Source: a virus. From it: a stretch of 64,000 nt of DNA. Of the stretch, positions 8,393-17,544 are shown in pieces; the stretch's first letter is position 1; the number at the start of each line of letters is the position of its first letter. Position numbers and translations under genes: made by a program. The stretch is from the IMG/VR virus record IMGVR_UViG_3300050501_000129; one strand, 5' to 3'. The notes beneath the pieces were generated by a model. It worked only from the letters and a program-made list of their open reading frames with translations. It did not search any database and was not told where the DNA came from.

Positions 8393-9459
8393 AGAAAAGT
8401 CCTTCGTAAGATATGACGCATTGGCCGTATGATATCTAGTGGAAGTGTCCAGCTGATTTCTTGCCACAGCTTTTCCTGCCAGCGGATGACGTCGTACGAG
8501 TCGTGACGTGGATCCGGCAACGTCTCCAGCTCAACCTGCTGAAAGAGCGTTTGTGTCTGTACGAGCTGCTGCGCGATCGCCGCGGCTTGACCACGTGTAG
8601 TAACTTGACGCGTCGTTACCTCAGACACGATAAAGCCGCGGTTAGCGATCGAGTGCGGCGCCGAGCTGGGAACGTCGGCCGATGCGATGACCGCTTCATC
8701 GAATACCGCGGCGCCGTTTCCGATGACGACAAACCGGTTGGGAGCGTTAATCAGGTTATCGCTCTCGATGATCTGGTCGCGTATCACATTACCAGAGTCA
8801 AAATCAAAGTCTGGAATCTCATGCACGGGATCGAAAGTGCGCTTAAGCTGTAGCACCGAGTTGTTGTCAAACCACGGCGACAGGTAGTCTCCGTCAACGG
8901 CGAGCTGCTCCAGCACCTGCCCGCCACGGGTACCAGCGGCCCACGATCCCAGCGTCGTGAACTCGGACGAACCGGCAATGTAGAAGTCAATGGGATACCG
9001 CGATAAAAAACGGGTCAGCGCTGCCGACGCGACTTCGCCGTTAAGCGAGTTGGCGCCAAATGCGTTCGGAATCTGCTGGTCGATGATGAATCCCTCATCA
9101 TAGAACGAGGCGATCGACTGATTTCCGCCGCTCAGTCGAAACTGCGCCCAGTCGGACGGGACGTATCGACCGAGCGGAAACTCCTCATCTTTAATGACCA
9201 TGAAAAGCTGTAGGCGTGAAGAGATGCTGTTGAACGCGTTCGTATCGACTGTGTCAAGCGTCACCCCGGTGAGAGTACGTTTGATTGTCGCAAGTGTGTT
9301 GTGGACTAGAGATCCCGACTGACTGATGATCGGATTAATCTCACGCGTGTAGCCGGTTACCGCATCTACGAGCTCAAAACGCAGCGTCGCCATACGCTGA
9401 CCAACGTACGGCCGGCTGTCAAGCAGCACGTTGACGGGAGTCTTAGTTAAGTGTGTCAC
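8389..9459 (-). CDS. minor tail protein
   Basis: 356 aa. It lies downstream of the large tail protein within the tail block. Assigned by synteny only. Confidence 0.6.
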   Translation of the reverse strand: MTHLTKTPVNVLLDSRPYVGQRMATLRFELVDAVTGYTREINPIISQSGSLVHNTLATIKRTLTGVTLDTVDTNAFNSISSRLQLFMVIKDEEFPLGRYVPSDWAQFRLSGGNQSIASFYDEGFIIDQQIPNAFGANSLNGEVASAALTRFLSRYPIDFYIAGSSEFTTLGSWAAGTRGGQVLEQLAVDGDYLSPWFDNNSVLQLKRTFDPVHEIPDFDFDSGNVIRDQIIESDNLINAPNRFVVIGNGAAVFDEAVIASADVPSSAPHSIANRGFIVSEVTTRQVTTRGQAAAIAQQLVQTQTLFQQVELETLPDPRHDSYDVIRWQEKLWQEISWTLPLDIIRPMRHILRRTFL

Positions 9460-9680
9460 CGTGATACCCGATTAATACTAGGCAACACCAAGCTGCAAAT
9501 CAGATAGAGACAGACCAGCGTCCACACGTATATGAGCGCAATCACGTCATCAGTTAGGTAGGTACGTGCCGCTTGCGTGACGTATGTCCCGATCATAATT
9601 CCTAGTCCGAGCACCGTAACCGCTAGAAGTGCACCGATCTTGACATTTAGTCGCCGACGACATCGTTCTACTTTATTCAT
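9456..9680 (-). CDS. small two-TM membrane protein
   Basis: 74 aa with two hydrophobic segments. It has its own GAGGAGG RBS and visibly lower GC than the flanking tail genes. Confidence 0.6.
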   Translation of the reverse strand: MNKVERCRRRLNVKIGALLAVTVLGLGIMIGTYVTQAARTYLTDDVIALIYVWTLVCLYLICSLVLPSINRVSR

Positions 9681-9717
9681 CTGAGTTTACCTCCTCTCAT
9701 CTTGATTTATCATAGTA

Positions 9718-12700
9718 TCACGCCGGATCAAACGGACTGGCTGTGTCCGTCGTCTGTATGACCTCGATCTCCGCGAGGTAGATCGTCCGGTCACCCTGAA
9801 CGACGCCGTCCGGCACGATGACCGTCGCAAACCAGCGGTTGCCCAGCTCGTCGCGGACACAGACGTAGTCCAAGTCTGCCCACACTAAGTCACGCAGCTG
9901 ACGGAAGTTCGCTAGACTCGGCAGCGCGATCGCCGCGTTATTGACCAGTATCGTGCGCTTAAAACGCTCACCACCACGTTCAAGCGGCCGCACCGCCATG
10001 AAAAAGTCTCGGCCGAACAGCCGTTGCAGCGAGACGGTGTCAGCCTCAGGGAAACTGAACAGCTCGGCCGGCCGGCTCTCCCACTGCATAACATACGCCA
10101 GGCTGGCGGCCACGCTCGCGTTGCTGGTGAAGATAAGTACCGAGTTACCCGCTCCGGGCGCGTTGAGCGTGACACCCGGTGCCGGGATCGTTCCCGAACC
10201 GGTTACCCAGGGTCCCGCGAAGTCCAAGACGTTCAGCGTCCGGATCCGGTACAGACTGAGTACGCCGACGCGCGCCTCAAAGTCACTAAATGCTGTGACC
10301 AGCGGATCTGTAGACAGCATGACCGTTTGCCAGTCGGTGAGAGCGTCGGACCGCTGGATCTCCAGCGCCGTAACCGACGTATTCACGGGAGTGGCGATGA
10401 TCTCAGCTTCACCATGTAGCGTCCAGACGCGACCGGCAGCGTCAGTGAAGGTCGTAGTACCGGCAGCCTGCAGCCTGAAGTCTGGGTTAGCCACCGCTGA
10501 GCCGGCGATGCCGTTGCGAACCTCAACCGCGTGAATGATACCCTGTGTAGGCGTAAGCGTGCCGTTGGAGTGCGTTCCGATCTCAAGCGCGGCGGTACCG
10601 GCGAAGATCGATGTCACGCCACCCTGGACGACCGGTGCCCCGAGTTGAACCCACGTCCCATCGATGGTGCTAGCGGTATAAAATGTGATCGTCCTACCGG
10701 CGGCGCCGTTGTCGACGTCCAGCGTCGCGCGTATGGCGAGTCGACCTCCGTTAACCACGGGTACGGTCGTAGTTGAAGACGCGGCAAGCGCGTTGATACC
10801 GTCACTGCTCCACACAAACTGAAGTCCACCAGTATCGGTAACCTGCAGCGCGTAGCTTCGCTGGTTGGTGCCTTCTTGGTTCCACTTAGAGACGACGGTC
10901 TCGAAGACTCCCGGTGACCAGTCACTCAACGTCAGGTCGGTACGCAGGTCGATGTCACCGACGATGTCTAGCGCGGCGTTATCAGGTGTCGAGGCGTAGG
11001 AACCAGGTATGCCCGGTAGACTGAGCGCGGTGGTGTACGGCAGCGTGCTCCACGTGAGCCGGTTGTACCGGACTCCCGTCGGAACGCAGGCGCTCGGCAG
11101 GCACGCCGTACCGATGCCGCTGACCGCCTGCGACAGCGTTGTGACGGCAAAACCAGTTACCGTCGGCGGATCCTGTGAAAAGATCAGAACCGCGTCGCTC
11201 GTCGTGTCGTTAGCGACGCCAGAGACGCCCGGCGACTGCCAGATCAGAGCGTCAGTGCTGCCCAGCGGTGCCCAGTACGTCGCGGGACCGGTCGCCGCGG
11301 CGTTAGCGTTCGGTCCCCACGCGCCGCTCGGACCGGAGGCAACCATCACCTGCCACTGGTTGCCAGTCAGCTCACTAGACGCGGACCAGCGCCAGTCGGA
11401 CGTGCCGGCACTCGGCGCTATCGCCACCGGCGTCGAAAACGTCAGGTTGACTTCACGCCAACCGTCGACGATCTCTTCTAGCGCGTCGAAGCTTGCGACG
11501 CTGATCGATACCTGCTCGCTACCGACGAGCGTCGCGGCGCCGTTAAGCGTCCACACCCGACCGGCGGCGTCGGTAAATGAGGTAGTTCCGGACGGCTGGA
11601 TCGCGAAATTCGGATTAGCTACCTCGGTGTCCGCGATGCCGTTGAGCACGGCGGCCGCGTAGACGATTCCGGTGACGTTGTTGATGGTTTCCTGCTGCGT
11701 GCCGACTCGAACCGGTGACGTGCTGTTAAAGATGGACGTTGTACCTGCCTGGGTAACCGTCGCGCCGACCTGCGTCCAGGGTCCGTCGATGGTTGGCGCG
11801 GTGTAGAACGTAGCCGTCTTACCACCCGCGCCGTTGTCGACGTCAAGAGTGAAGCGAAGTGCTAGACGTTGCCCGTCACGCGGGGAAATCGGCACCGTGG
11901 CCGCGAAGGAAGAGAGACCTACAAGTGTTCCGTCACTTGACACATTCGCATTCAGTGTGCCAGCTGAATCAATATAGAACTGCCAGCTCAACTGGCCTAC
12001 GGCGCCCCACTTAGACATCAACACCGGAACGTTCGCATCCGTCCAGTCGACCATTGAGAGGTCAATGCGAAGGTCGATGTCACCGAGAACGTCTAGCGCC
12101 GCGACGTCTGGCGTCGAGGCGAAGCTGCCGGCGGTGCCGGGTAGAACCATTCCGCCGTTGCGCGTAAGGGTCAGCGGTATCGTCGTGTTACCGTAGCGCC
12201 GCGCGTAGTAGCGTACCTGCGTGTACGCGCCAGCTGCCGGATCGTCCTCAATGCTCTGTGTTGCTATGCGCGCTCCGTAGATCGGCGCGCCGAAGCTGGT
12301 GCCGTACGGGTGAACGCCGGTGACGATCTGCGTCGCGGTATGCAACGTGATCTGTGTTAAAACCGGGTCTGGCTGAGCGATCGTAAACTGTTCATCTTCA
12401 ACAAGCGTCTGTTGGATCCAGCGAACCCGCTGACGCGGCAACTGGTAGTACTCACGGTTAGCGTGAATCTGCGGTGCACCCTGGTAGATTGAGCGTGATG
12501 ACATGTCTCGGTGATAGATCGTTACGACGTATTCACCCGCTGACAGAGTGTTTCCCTGTGTGAACGTCTCGGGGTTGTACAGGCGTGTAGCTATGGCTCC
12601 GGCGTTGTAGAATTCAATCGGCAGCACCGGTGAGTTGGCGATCGTGGTATCATATGTCTTGAAGCCGCCGTAGAGAACCCGAGTCTCCTCGCAGTATATG

Positions 12701-13479
12701 ACTTCAAGATCCATAAATCCGAGAAAGACGTCAAATCCAGTCGCGTTGTTTTGCAGAGAGACGACAAGCGGCGGACTGGCTCCTGACCGAAAGCGATTGA
12801 GTTCTTGAAATCGCCACGGTAGGATCGTCCGTTGCCCACGCGCGATGGCCGTCGTGTCCCAGAATGGGTTCATCTCGCTAATCGACAGGGTAGAGACCTT
12901 TGAAATGTTATCGATGCTAGTCATCTCAGTGGCCTGTGGAAATGTGATGGTGCTGTTTACGGTGTCTTTGATAGCGAACGAGAAGCTATCAGCGTTACCA
13001 AGGTTAAATGAGCTCAGCGCGTAGCGAATCCGGACATCGAGTATCCGCTTACCAAGCAAAATTGCGGCGTACGTGTTGGTGTCAAAACTGACGCGCAACT
13101 GTGAGCTGATGCCCGTATCCGCGGTAAAGATGATAAATTCGGTGTCTTCAGGATTAAGCAGCGCGTTGACGCCGGCGGTGACATCGATCGATCCAGGGTT
13201 ATTTACGGTGATTGCTGACGCGGGAATGTTAATCTTCTTAACGGGACCGCTCAGCATCTCTCGACCGGACGGATAAACCGCGATAAAGTCGCACGCATTG
13301 GCTAACCGGTTATCGGGAATCTTGTTGACGTAGAATGCGCCCGACACCGGAATTGTCGTTGCGTCAATCATGAACGTATAGCCACGTTCGATGACGCCGT
13401 CGGGAACATAAGGCGCGTGTCGGATCGGTACCCACTCTTGGCCCAGGATGTATGGCGCGTGCGGGTTGTACTGTCCCAT
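9718..13479 (-). CDS. large minor tail protein with two tandem LamG/ConA-like lectin domains and a C-terminal distal-tail-like region
   Basis: 1253 aa, immediately downstream of the tape measure gene. An internal ~207-aa duplication is present. The C-terminal ~220 aa resemble siphovirus distal tail proteins (by eye). Confidence 0.8.
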   Translation of the reverse strand: MGQYNPHAPYILGQEWVPIRHAPYVPDGVIERGYTFMIDATTIPVSGAFYVNKIPDNRLANACDFIAVYPSGREMLSGPVKKINIPASAITVNNPGSIDVTAGVNALLNPEDTEFIIFTADTGISSQLRVSFDTNTYAAILLGKRILDVRIRYALSSFNLGNADSFSFAIKDTVNSTITFPQATEMTSIDNISKVSTLSISEMNPFWDTTAIARGQRTILPWRFQELNRFRSGASPPLVVSLQNNATGFDVFLGFMDLEVIYCEETRVLYGGFKTYDTTIANSPVLPIEFYNAGAIATRLYNPETFTQGNTLSAGEYVVTIYHRDMSSRSIYQGAPQIHANREYYQLPRQRVRWIQQTLVEDEQFTIAQPDPVLTQITLHTATQIVTGVHPYGTSFGAPIYGARIATQSIEDDPAAGAYTQVRYYARRYGNTTIPLTLTRNGGMVLPGTAGSFASTPDVAALDVLGDIDLRIDLSMVDWTDANVPVLMSKWGAVGQLSWQFYIDSAGTLNANVSSDGTLVGLSSFAATVPISPRDGQRLALRFTLDVDNGAGGKTATFYTAPTIDGPWTQVGATVTQAGTTSIFNSTSPVRVGTQQETINNVTGIVYAAAVLNGIADTEVANPNFAIQPSGTTSFTDAAGRVWTLNGAATLVGSEQVSISVASFDALEEIVDGWREVNLTFSTPVAIAPSAGTSDWRWSASSELTGNQWQVMVASGPSGAWGPNANAAATGPATYWAPLGSTDALIWQSPGVSGVANDTTSDAVLIFSQDPPTVTGFAVTTLSQAVSGIGTACLPSACVPTGVRYNRLTWSTLPYTTALSLPGIPGSYASTPDNAALDIVGDIDLRTDLTLSDWSPGVFETVVSKWNQEGTNQRSYALQVTDTGGLQFVWSSDGINALAASSTTTVPVVNGGRLAIRATLDVDNGAAGRTITFYTASTIDGTWVQLGAPVVQGGVTSIFAGTAALEIGTHSNGTLTPTQGIIHAVEVRNGIAGSAVANPDFRLQAAGTTTFTDAAGRVWTLHGEAEIIATPVNTSVTALEIQRSDALTDWQTVMLSTDPLVTAFSDFEARVGVLSLYRIRTLNVLDFAGPWVTGSGTIPAPGVTLNAPGAGNSVLIFTSNASVAASLAYVMQWESRPAELFSFPEADTVSLQRLFGRDFFMAVRPLERGGERFKRTILVNNAAIALPSLANFRQLRDLVWADLDYVCVRDELGNRWFATVIVPDGVVQGDRTIYLAEIEVIQTTDTASPFDPA
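10399..11019 (-). repeat. intragenic repeat copy 2 (LamG-like domain, aa 821-1027)
   Basis: LPGIPGSYASTPDNAALDIVGDIDLRTDL...FTDAAGRVWTLHGEAEII. The offset from copy 1 is 375 aa. Confidence 0.85.
11524..12144 (-). repeat. intragenic repeat copy 1 (LamG-like domain, aa 446-652)
   Basis: LPGTAGSFASTPDVAALDVLGDIDLRIDL...FTDAAGRVWTLNGAATLV aligns collinearly with copy 2. Confidence 0.85.
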
Positions 13480-15771
13480 CTAGACCGCCCTTAGCTGAAC
13501 GCGAACGTTACGTGTCATAAGCTGGTCAGCGATGCCGTCGCCAACGGCGCGCCCGGCGGCGCGGGCCTGTCCCTCGGTCGGCAACGCACCGTTAAAGCTG
13601 ACGCTGATCGCTCCCGGTCCGAAGTTGACCGTCATCCCAGCTCCCGGCGCGTCACCGCCGAAGAACTTCTTGATGATGTCTTCCAGCGTCGAGATTGGAG
13701 AGACAACCTCATCCTCAGAGCCTTCACCGACGTTTGCCAGGATGCCGCCGGGCCGGTGACGGATGACGGCTCCCGAAGCCAGGCGGGGAATCCGCGCCAG
13801 GCTACCGGGTAGCAGGTCATCGATCGTCTTGATGCCTGAGTTGATTTTGTCGATCGCACGGTTGAGGAATCCCTTGACTGAGCTGACGATGTCACCCGCG
13901 ACGTCTCCGATGAACGACCCGACCGACCGGAAACCGTTCATGAACGACTGGATGAGGTTCTTACCAGCCTGCAGGAACAGCGGCGCGAGCGCGGCAATGC
14001 GGTTTGGCACCGAAAAGATGAACGCGACGATCTCGTTGAACTTCTGTACGATGAACGCCTGCGCGTCGTCAAGCGCGCGCTTGAAGATGTCCAGAAGCGT
14101 CGGTCCCGTGCTCGTCAGGGCAGCACCGATGCGTGACGGTAGTGACACAAAGAAGTCTACGATCTTTCCGGGAAGCACCTGAATCGCGAACAACAGCAGA
14201 CCGATCTGCGTTCCGATGACCTTAAACGCGGTGTCGACGGCGTTCGAGATCGCGCTTCCGATGATTCCCGGTATGGTCTCTAGAAACGCGCCAAGCTGGC
14301 GCATCTTGTCAGGAACCGTCCCGAAGAAGTCACCGATCACACCAATGAGATCTACGAAACCCTCACCGATCAGCTTGACGAGCTTTATCGTGTTGTTGAA
14401 CTGGAAGGTGAGAAATGAGAACACGGTCAGCGTCGCACCCAGCGAGACACCCAGCGCCTTGACCAGCAGAACAAGATCCTTTAACGCCTGCTGTCCGTCG
14501 GCGGACTTGAAGAAGTCATCGAGCCGCACCGTCAGGTCCGTCAACGTTACGATAAAGTCGTGACCTGACTCCTCGGTTCCGGCAAAGATCGTGCCGAGCA
14601 GCCCGCCGAGCGCCTTGGTTAGACCGATGAGTTCCTTGACGGTCCGAATGGCGTCCTCGACGAACTCGTTGAACGCGCCGCTCTCGATCGACTTGTTGAT
14701 GAAAGCCGTGAAGGTATCCAGCGCGCGCCCGAGCGCGTTGACCAACCGGTCGACGAACGGTAGGCCGGCGCTGGTTGTCACCGCGATCGCGTCCAGTAGA
14801 CGTATGATCGGTCCGCTGAGCTTATTGATGATGTTAGCGGTCGCGTTGAAGACGTCGTTGAGCGCGTTGACGGCGTTGATCGACGTCGCGAACTTGGCCA
14901 GCTGGTTAAAGAACTGGCCAAGCGTCGCGGCGATCAGCCTGAAGTTGTCGGAGATCAGCGGCAGCACGCTCGCTAGTAGGCTAAAGCTGCCGCGCACCTG
15001 TGAAAAGAACGCCTCCTGCACACCGCGCTGAAACTTCTTGAGCAGCGGCAGCAGACCAGCCACCTCACGCGCAACCAGGCGCGCTGACGGTGACAGCTTC
15101 TTGAGCGCCTCGTTGATCTTATCTATGTCACCCTCGGCGAGCGCCGAGACGGCGTCACCAAAGTTCTGAAACGCGACCACCGCGGGAACGATCGCCGCGA
15201 CGAGCACGCCGAGACCGGCCGGCAGGATGCCGACCAGCCCGATGAGCTGCGACAGCGCGGCCGCCAGCGCGATGATCGCGGGAACTAGCGCCAGGATCAA
15301 CGCAAGCAGCGGACTTGACGTGACAAATCCACCGAGACCCGAGCCGATCTGCCCGATCGCGCGGCCGGTCTCGGTGACGATGTCCGTAAGCTTTTCAAAG
15401 CCACGACGCAGCGGACCGAACACGCGGCGCTCGACGTCTTCCCCGACGTTATCGATGTCGTTACCGATGTTTTTAATGCTGCGTCTGATCGACCGACCGG
15501 CGTCGTCGAACTCGGTCTCCATGCGCTTCGTCAGGTGATTCGTGCTGTCTATGATCTCTTCGAAGACGGCGTCGGTGCTCTTCTCGAGGTCAACGAACCG
15601 CTTGTCGATCTTCTCGAACAGCTCGTCAAACTTGTCGTCGATACTCTTGAGGTCGTTACCGATGTTCTTGTCGATCTCGTCAAAGCTCTTATCGATGTCT
15701 TTCTCGAGCTTATCCAGTGACCTGTCACGAACAACGATGTCGACGTACGCGACGTCGATGGGGTTAGTCAC
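13480..15771 (-). CDS. tail tape measure protein
   Basis: 763 aa, directly after the chaperone pair. Helical charged N-terminus followed by long Ala/Leu/Gly/Ile-rich hydrophobic stretches typical of tape measure proteins. Confidence 0.85.
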   Translation of the reverse strand: MTNPIDVAYVDIVVRDRSLDKLEKDIDKSFDEIDKNIGNDLKSIDDKFDELFEKIDKRFVDLEKSTDAVFEEIIDSTNHLTKRMETEFDDAGRSIRRSIKNIGNDIDNVGEDVERRVFGPLRRGFEKLTDIVTETGRAIGQIGSGLGGFVTSSPLLALILALVPAIIALAAALSQLIGLVGILPAGLGVLVAAIVPAVVAFQNFGDAVSALAEGDIDKINEALKKLSPSARLVAREVAGLLPLLKKFQRGVQEAFFSQVRGSFSLLASVLPLISDNFRLIAATLGQFFNQLAKFATSINAVNALNDVFNATANIINKLSGPIIRLLDAIAVTTSAGLPFVDRLVNALGRALDTFTAFINKSIESGAFNEFVEDAIRTVKELIGLTKALGGLLGTIFAGTEESGHDFIVTLTDLTVRLDDFFKSADGQQALKDLVLLVKALGVSLGATLTVFSFLTFQFNNTIKLVKLIGEGFVDLIGVIGDFFGTVPDKMRQLGAFLETIPGIIGSAISNAVDTAFKVIGTQIGLLLFAIQVLPGKIVDFFVSLPSRIGAALTSTGPTLLDIFKRALDDAQAFIVQKFNEIVAFIFSVPNRIAALAPLFLQAGKNLIQSFMNGFRSVGSFIGDVAGDIVSSVKGFLNRAIDKINSGIKTIDDLLPGSLARIPRLASGAVIRHRPGGILANVGEGSEDEVVSPISTLEDIIKKFFGGDAPGAGMTVNFGPGAISVSFNGALPTEGQARAAGRAVGDGIADQLMTRNVRVQLRAV

Positions 15772-15965
15772 CGCGGCCTCCGCAGCTCGAGACCGATCTG
15801 GTTGACATCACTCAGAGTCGTCTCACGTACGTTGAACCACGCCGGCACGGGGATGCCGATCTCCGCGGCGAGCTGGTCCACCCGCGTCATCTCGCTACCG
15901 CTGGTCAGCCGGCCGAGCAGCTGCGCGCGCAGCTGGTCGACGCCGCGACGCTGCTCCTGTGACAT
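15768..15965 (-). CDS. tail assembly chaperone, distal (-1 frameshift) segment
   Basis: This ORF is in the -1 frame relative to 16031..16468. The -1 frame is open from 16151 through this ORF, so a G-T fusion is possible. Confidence 0.6.
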   Translation of the reverse strand: MSQEQRRGVDQLRAQLLGRLTSGSEMTRVDQLAAEIGIPVPAWFNVRETTLSDVNQIGLELRRPR

Positions 15966-16030
15966 CTCACCCTCCGCGACGGTCGCAAGAACGATCCAGT
16001 GTTGTACCAGGTCGAGAAACCGGACGGGAT

Positions 16031-16468
16031 CTAGCTCGAGGGGATCAACTGATCGAGCTGCGCACCAGCCGGAGAACTCGTGCCACCGTCGTCGCTCTGA
16101 GATGAGTCCGATGAGTCCGACGACGGCTGTGTAGGGCGTCGCGTATACACCTCAACGATCCACGAAACGATGGCAAGAAGCTGCTGCGTGTCGATCGGTT
16201 GCTTCGTGTCAGCCAGACGTCTCATGAATTGCGTGAACGACTCGGGCACCACAAAGACCTTGAAGATACCCTCAAGCACCTCAATGACCTTAGCGGCGTC
16301 ACCGTCTTTAATCGCCTGTGTCAGGTCGTTGCTCCGCCATAGCTTCATGACATCTTGCAGCGCAAAGATCGTCAATCCCGATACACACTCAAAGACATCG
16401 TCGTCGACCTGAAACTTTACGGGTACGCGCTTCTTGGTGAAGTCCTTGAACATAATCTCTTCGGACAC
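16031..16468 (-). CDS. tail assembly chaperone (G-like)
   Basis: 145 aa. It sits upstream of the tape measure gene, has an acidic Ser/Asp-rich C-terminus, and overlaps an open -1 frame. Confidence 0.75.
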   Translation of the reverse strand: MSEEIMFKDFTKKRVPVKFQVDDDVFECVSGLTIFALQDVMKLWRSNDLTQAIKDGDAAKVIEVLEGIFKVFVVPESFTQFMRRLADTKQPIDTQQLLAIVSWIVEVYTRRPTQPSSDSSDSSQSDDGGTSSPAGAQLDQLIPSS

Positions 16469-16529
16469 CGTATTCTCCGTTTCGTCAGATCTGGACCCTA
16501 CAACGCCCAGAGGTGACTCAGGTACAGAG

Positions 16530-16988
16530 CTACCCGGCGGTCCGGAACGCCGGCAGCGCGTCGGTCAGGAACGGGTTCGGTTTCATACCGCGAACGTACT
16601 TAGCGAAGACCAAGCCGGCGTGCTTTCCCTTCTTAGCGCCGTAGATCTTTGAGCGAAAGACGAGCACCTTGCTGAACCTTGGCCGGATAAGAGTGTGTTT
16701 TGGTCCGTAGAGACCGGTACCGTCGTGAACGTAGAGCGCGTAGTGCACACCGGTACCGACGCGCACGGCCAGTCCCTGCGGACGCATCAGCAGGTTGGTG
16801 CCGATGCTCGCGCGCAGGTGTCCGGTATCAATGCGTTTCGGCTTACCACCGACGCCGGCCAGGTTGCGCTTGGCGCGTGACTCGACGCGCTTACCGCGCT
16901 TGATGAGATCCTTCGCAACGGCACCGGCGGGATTCTTGAGCATGAACTGCAGCTGTGCCTCGTTGAAAACGTGGTGAACAGAAGACAC
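16530..16988 (-). CDS. HK97 gp10-like neck/tail-completion protein
   Basis: 152 aa. DTGHLRASIG...VGTGVHYALYVHDGTG matches the HK97 gp10-family pattern. Confidence 0.65.
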   Translation of the reverse strand: MSSVHHVFNEAQLQFMLKNPAGAVAKDLIKRGKRVESRAKRNLAGVGGKPKRIDTGHLRASIGTNLLMRPQGLAVRVGTGVHYALYVHDGTGLYGPKHTLIRPRFSKVLVFRSKIYGAKKGKHAGLVFAKYVRGMKPNPFLTDALPAFRTAG

Positions 16989-16998
16989 GATAAGCCTC

Positions 16999-17544
16999 CT
17001 AGATCAGCTCGAACTTGTAGGTCAACTCGACGCCAGCGCAGTTTCCCTCGGGACCGACGCGCATAGCGCGTCCGACGCTGAACTTGGCGATCTGGTAGCT
17101 GTCCTGTAGCGTCGTCAGGCAGCACTCGACGGCGCGGCGCAGCGCGAAGGCGTCGGCCTGCATAATTATCGCGGCGGCCCGCAGCGCGTCGCACGTTGGT
17201 GATCGCGGCGGAGTCGTATTGGTCATTCCCGGTACGCAACGGATGATCGATGCCAACACCGTGTAGACCAGTGGACGCGAGTTGCAGCCGCCGACTCCGA
17301 TCACCTGCTCTGAGGCGTCAGCCGGAAAGATCAGCGTCGGGTAGTCGTCCTGGATCGTCTGCGCAAACTGGCCGCAGTCACAGCCGTCCCACGCGATGTT
17401 TCCAGGTACGAGCAGGCAGACGCGCATCTTATCCGGTACGCCGCCGGACTCAGGTGTGTTCTCAAGCTCCTCGACAACACACATACCGATGCCGGTGACG
17501 ATGACGGCGGCGGTTAGAGACTCAATCACGGTGTTGTCCCCCAC
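16999..17544 (-). CDS. head-tail connector protein (tentative)
   Basis: 181 aa, Cys-rich. Assigned from its position between adaptor-like and gp10-like genes. Confidence 0.5.
   Translation of the reverse strand: MGDNTVIESLTAAVIVTGIGMCVVEELENTPESGGVPDKMRVCLLVPGNIAWDGCDCGQFAQTIQDDYPTLIFPADASEQVIGVGGCNSRPLVYTVLASIIRCVPGMTNTTPPRSPTCDALRAAAIIMQADAFALRRAVECCLTTLQDSYQIAKFSVGRAMRVGPEGNCAGVELTYKFELI

Noticed and set aside
9941-15720. Plus-strand ORFs within the large tail protein and tape measure genes
   Set aside because: They are antisense shadows with Ser/Thr/Ala/Pro-rich translations and no independent signals.
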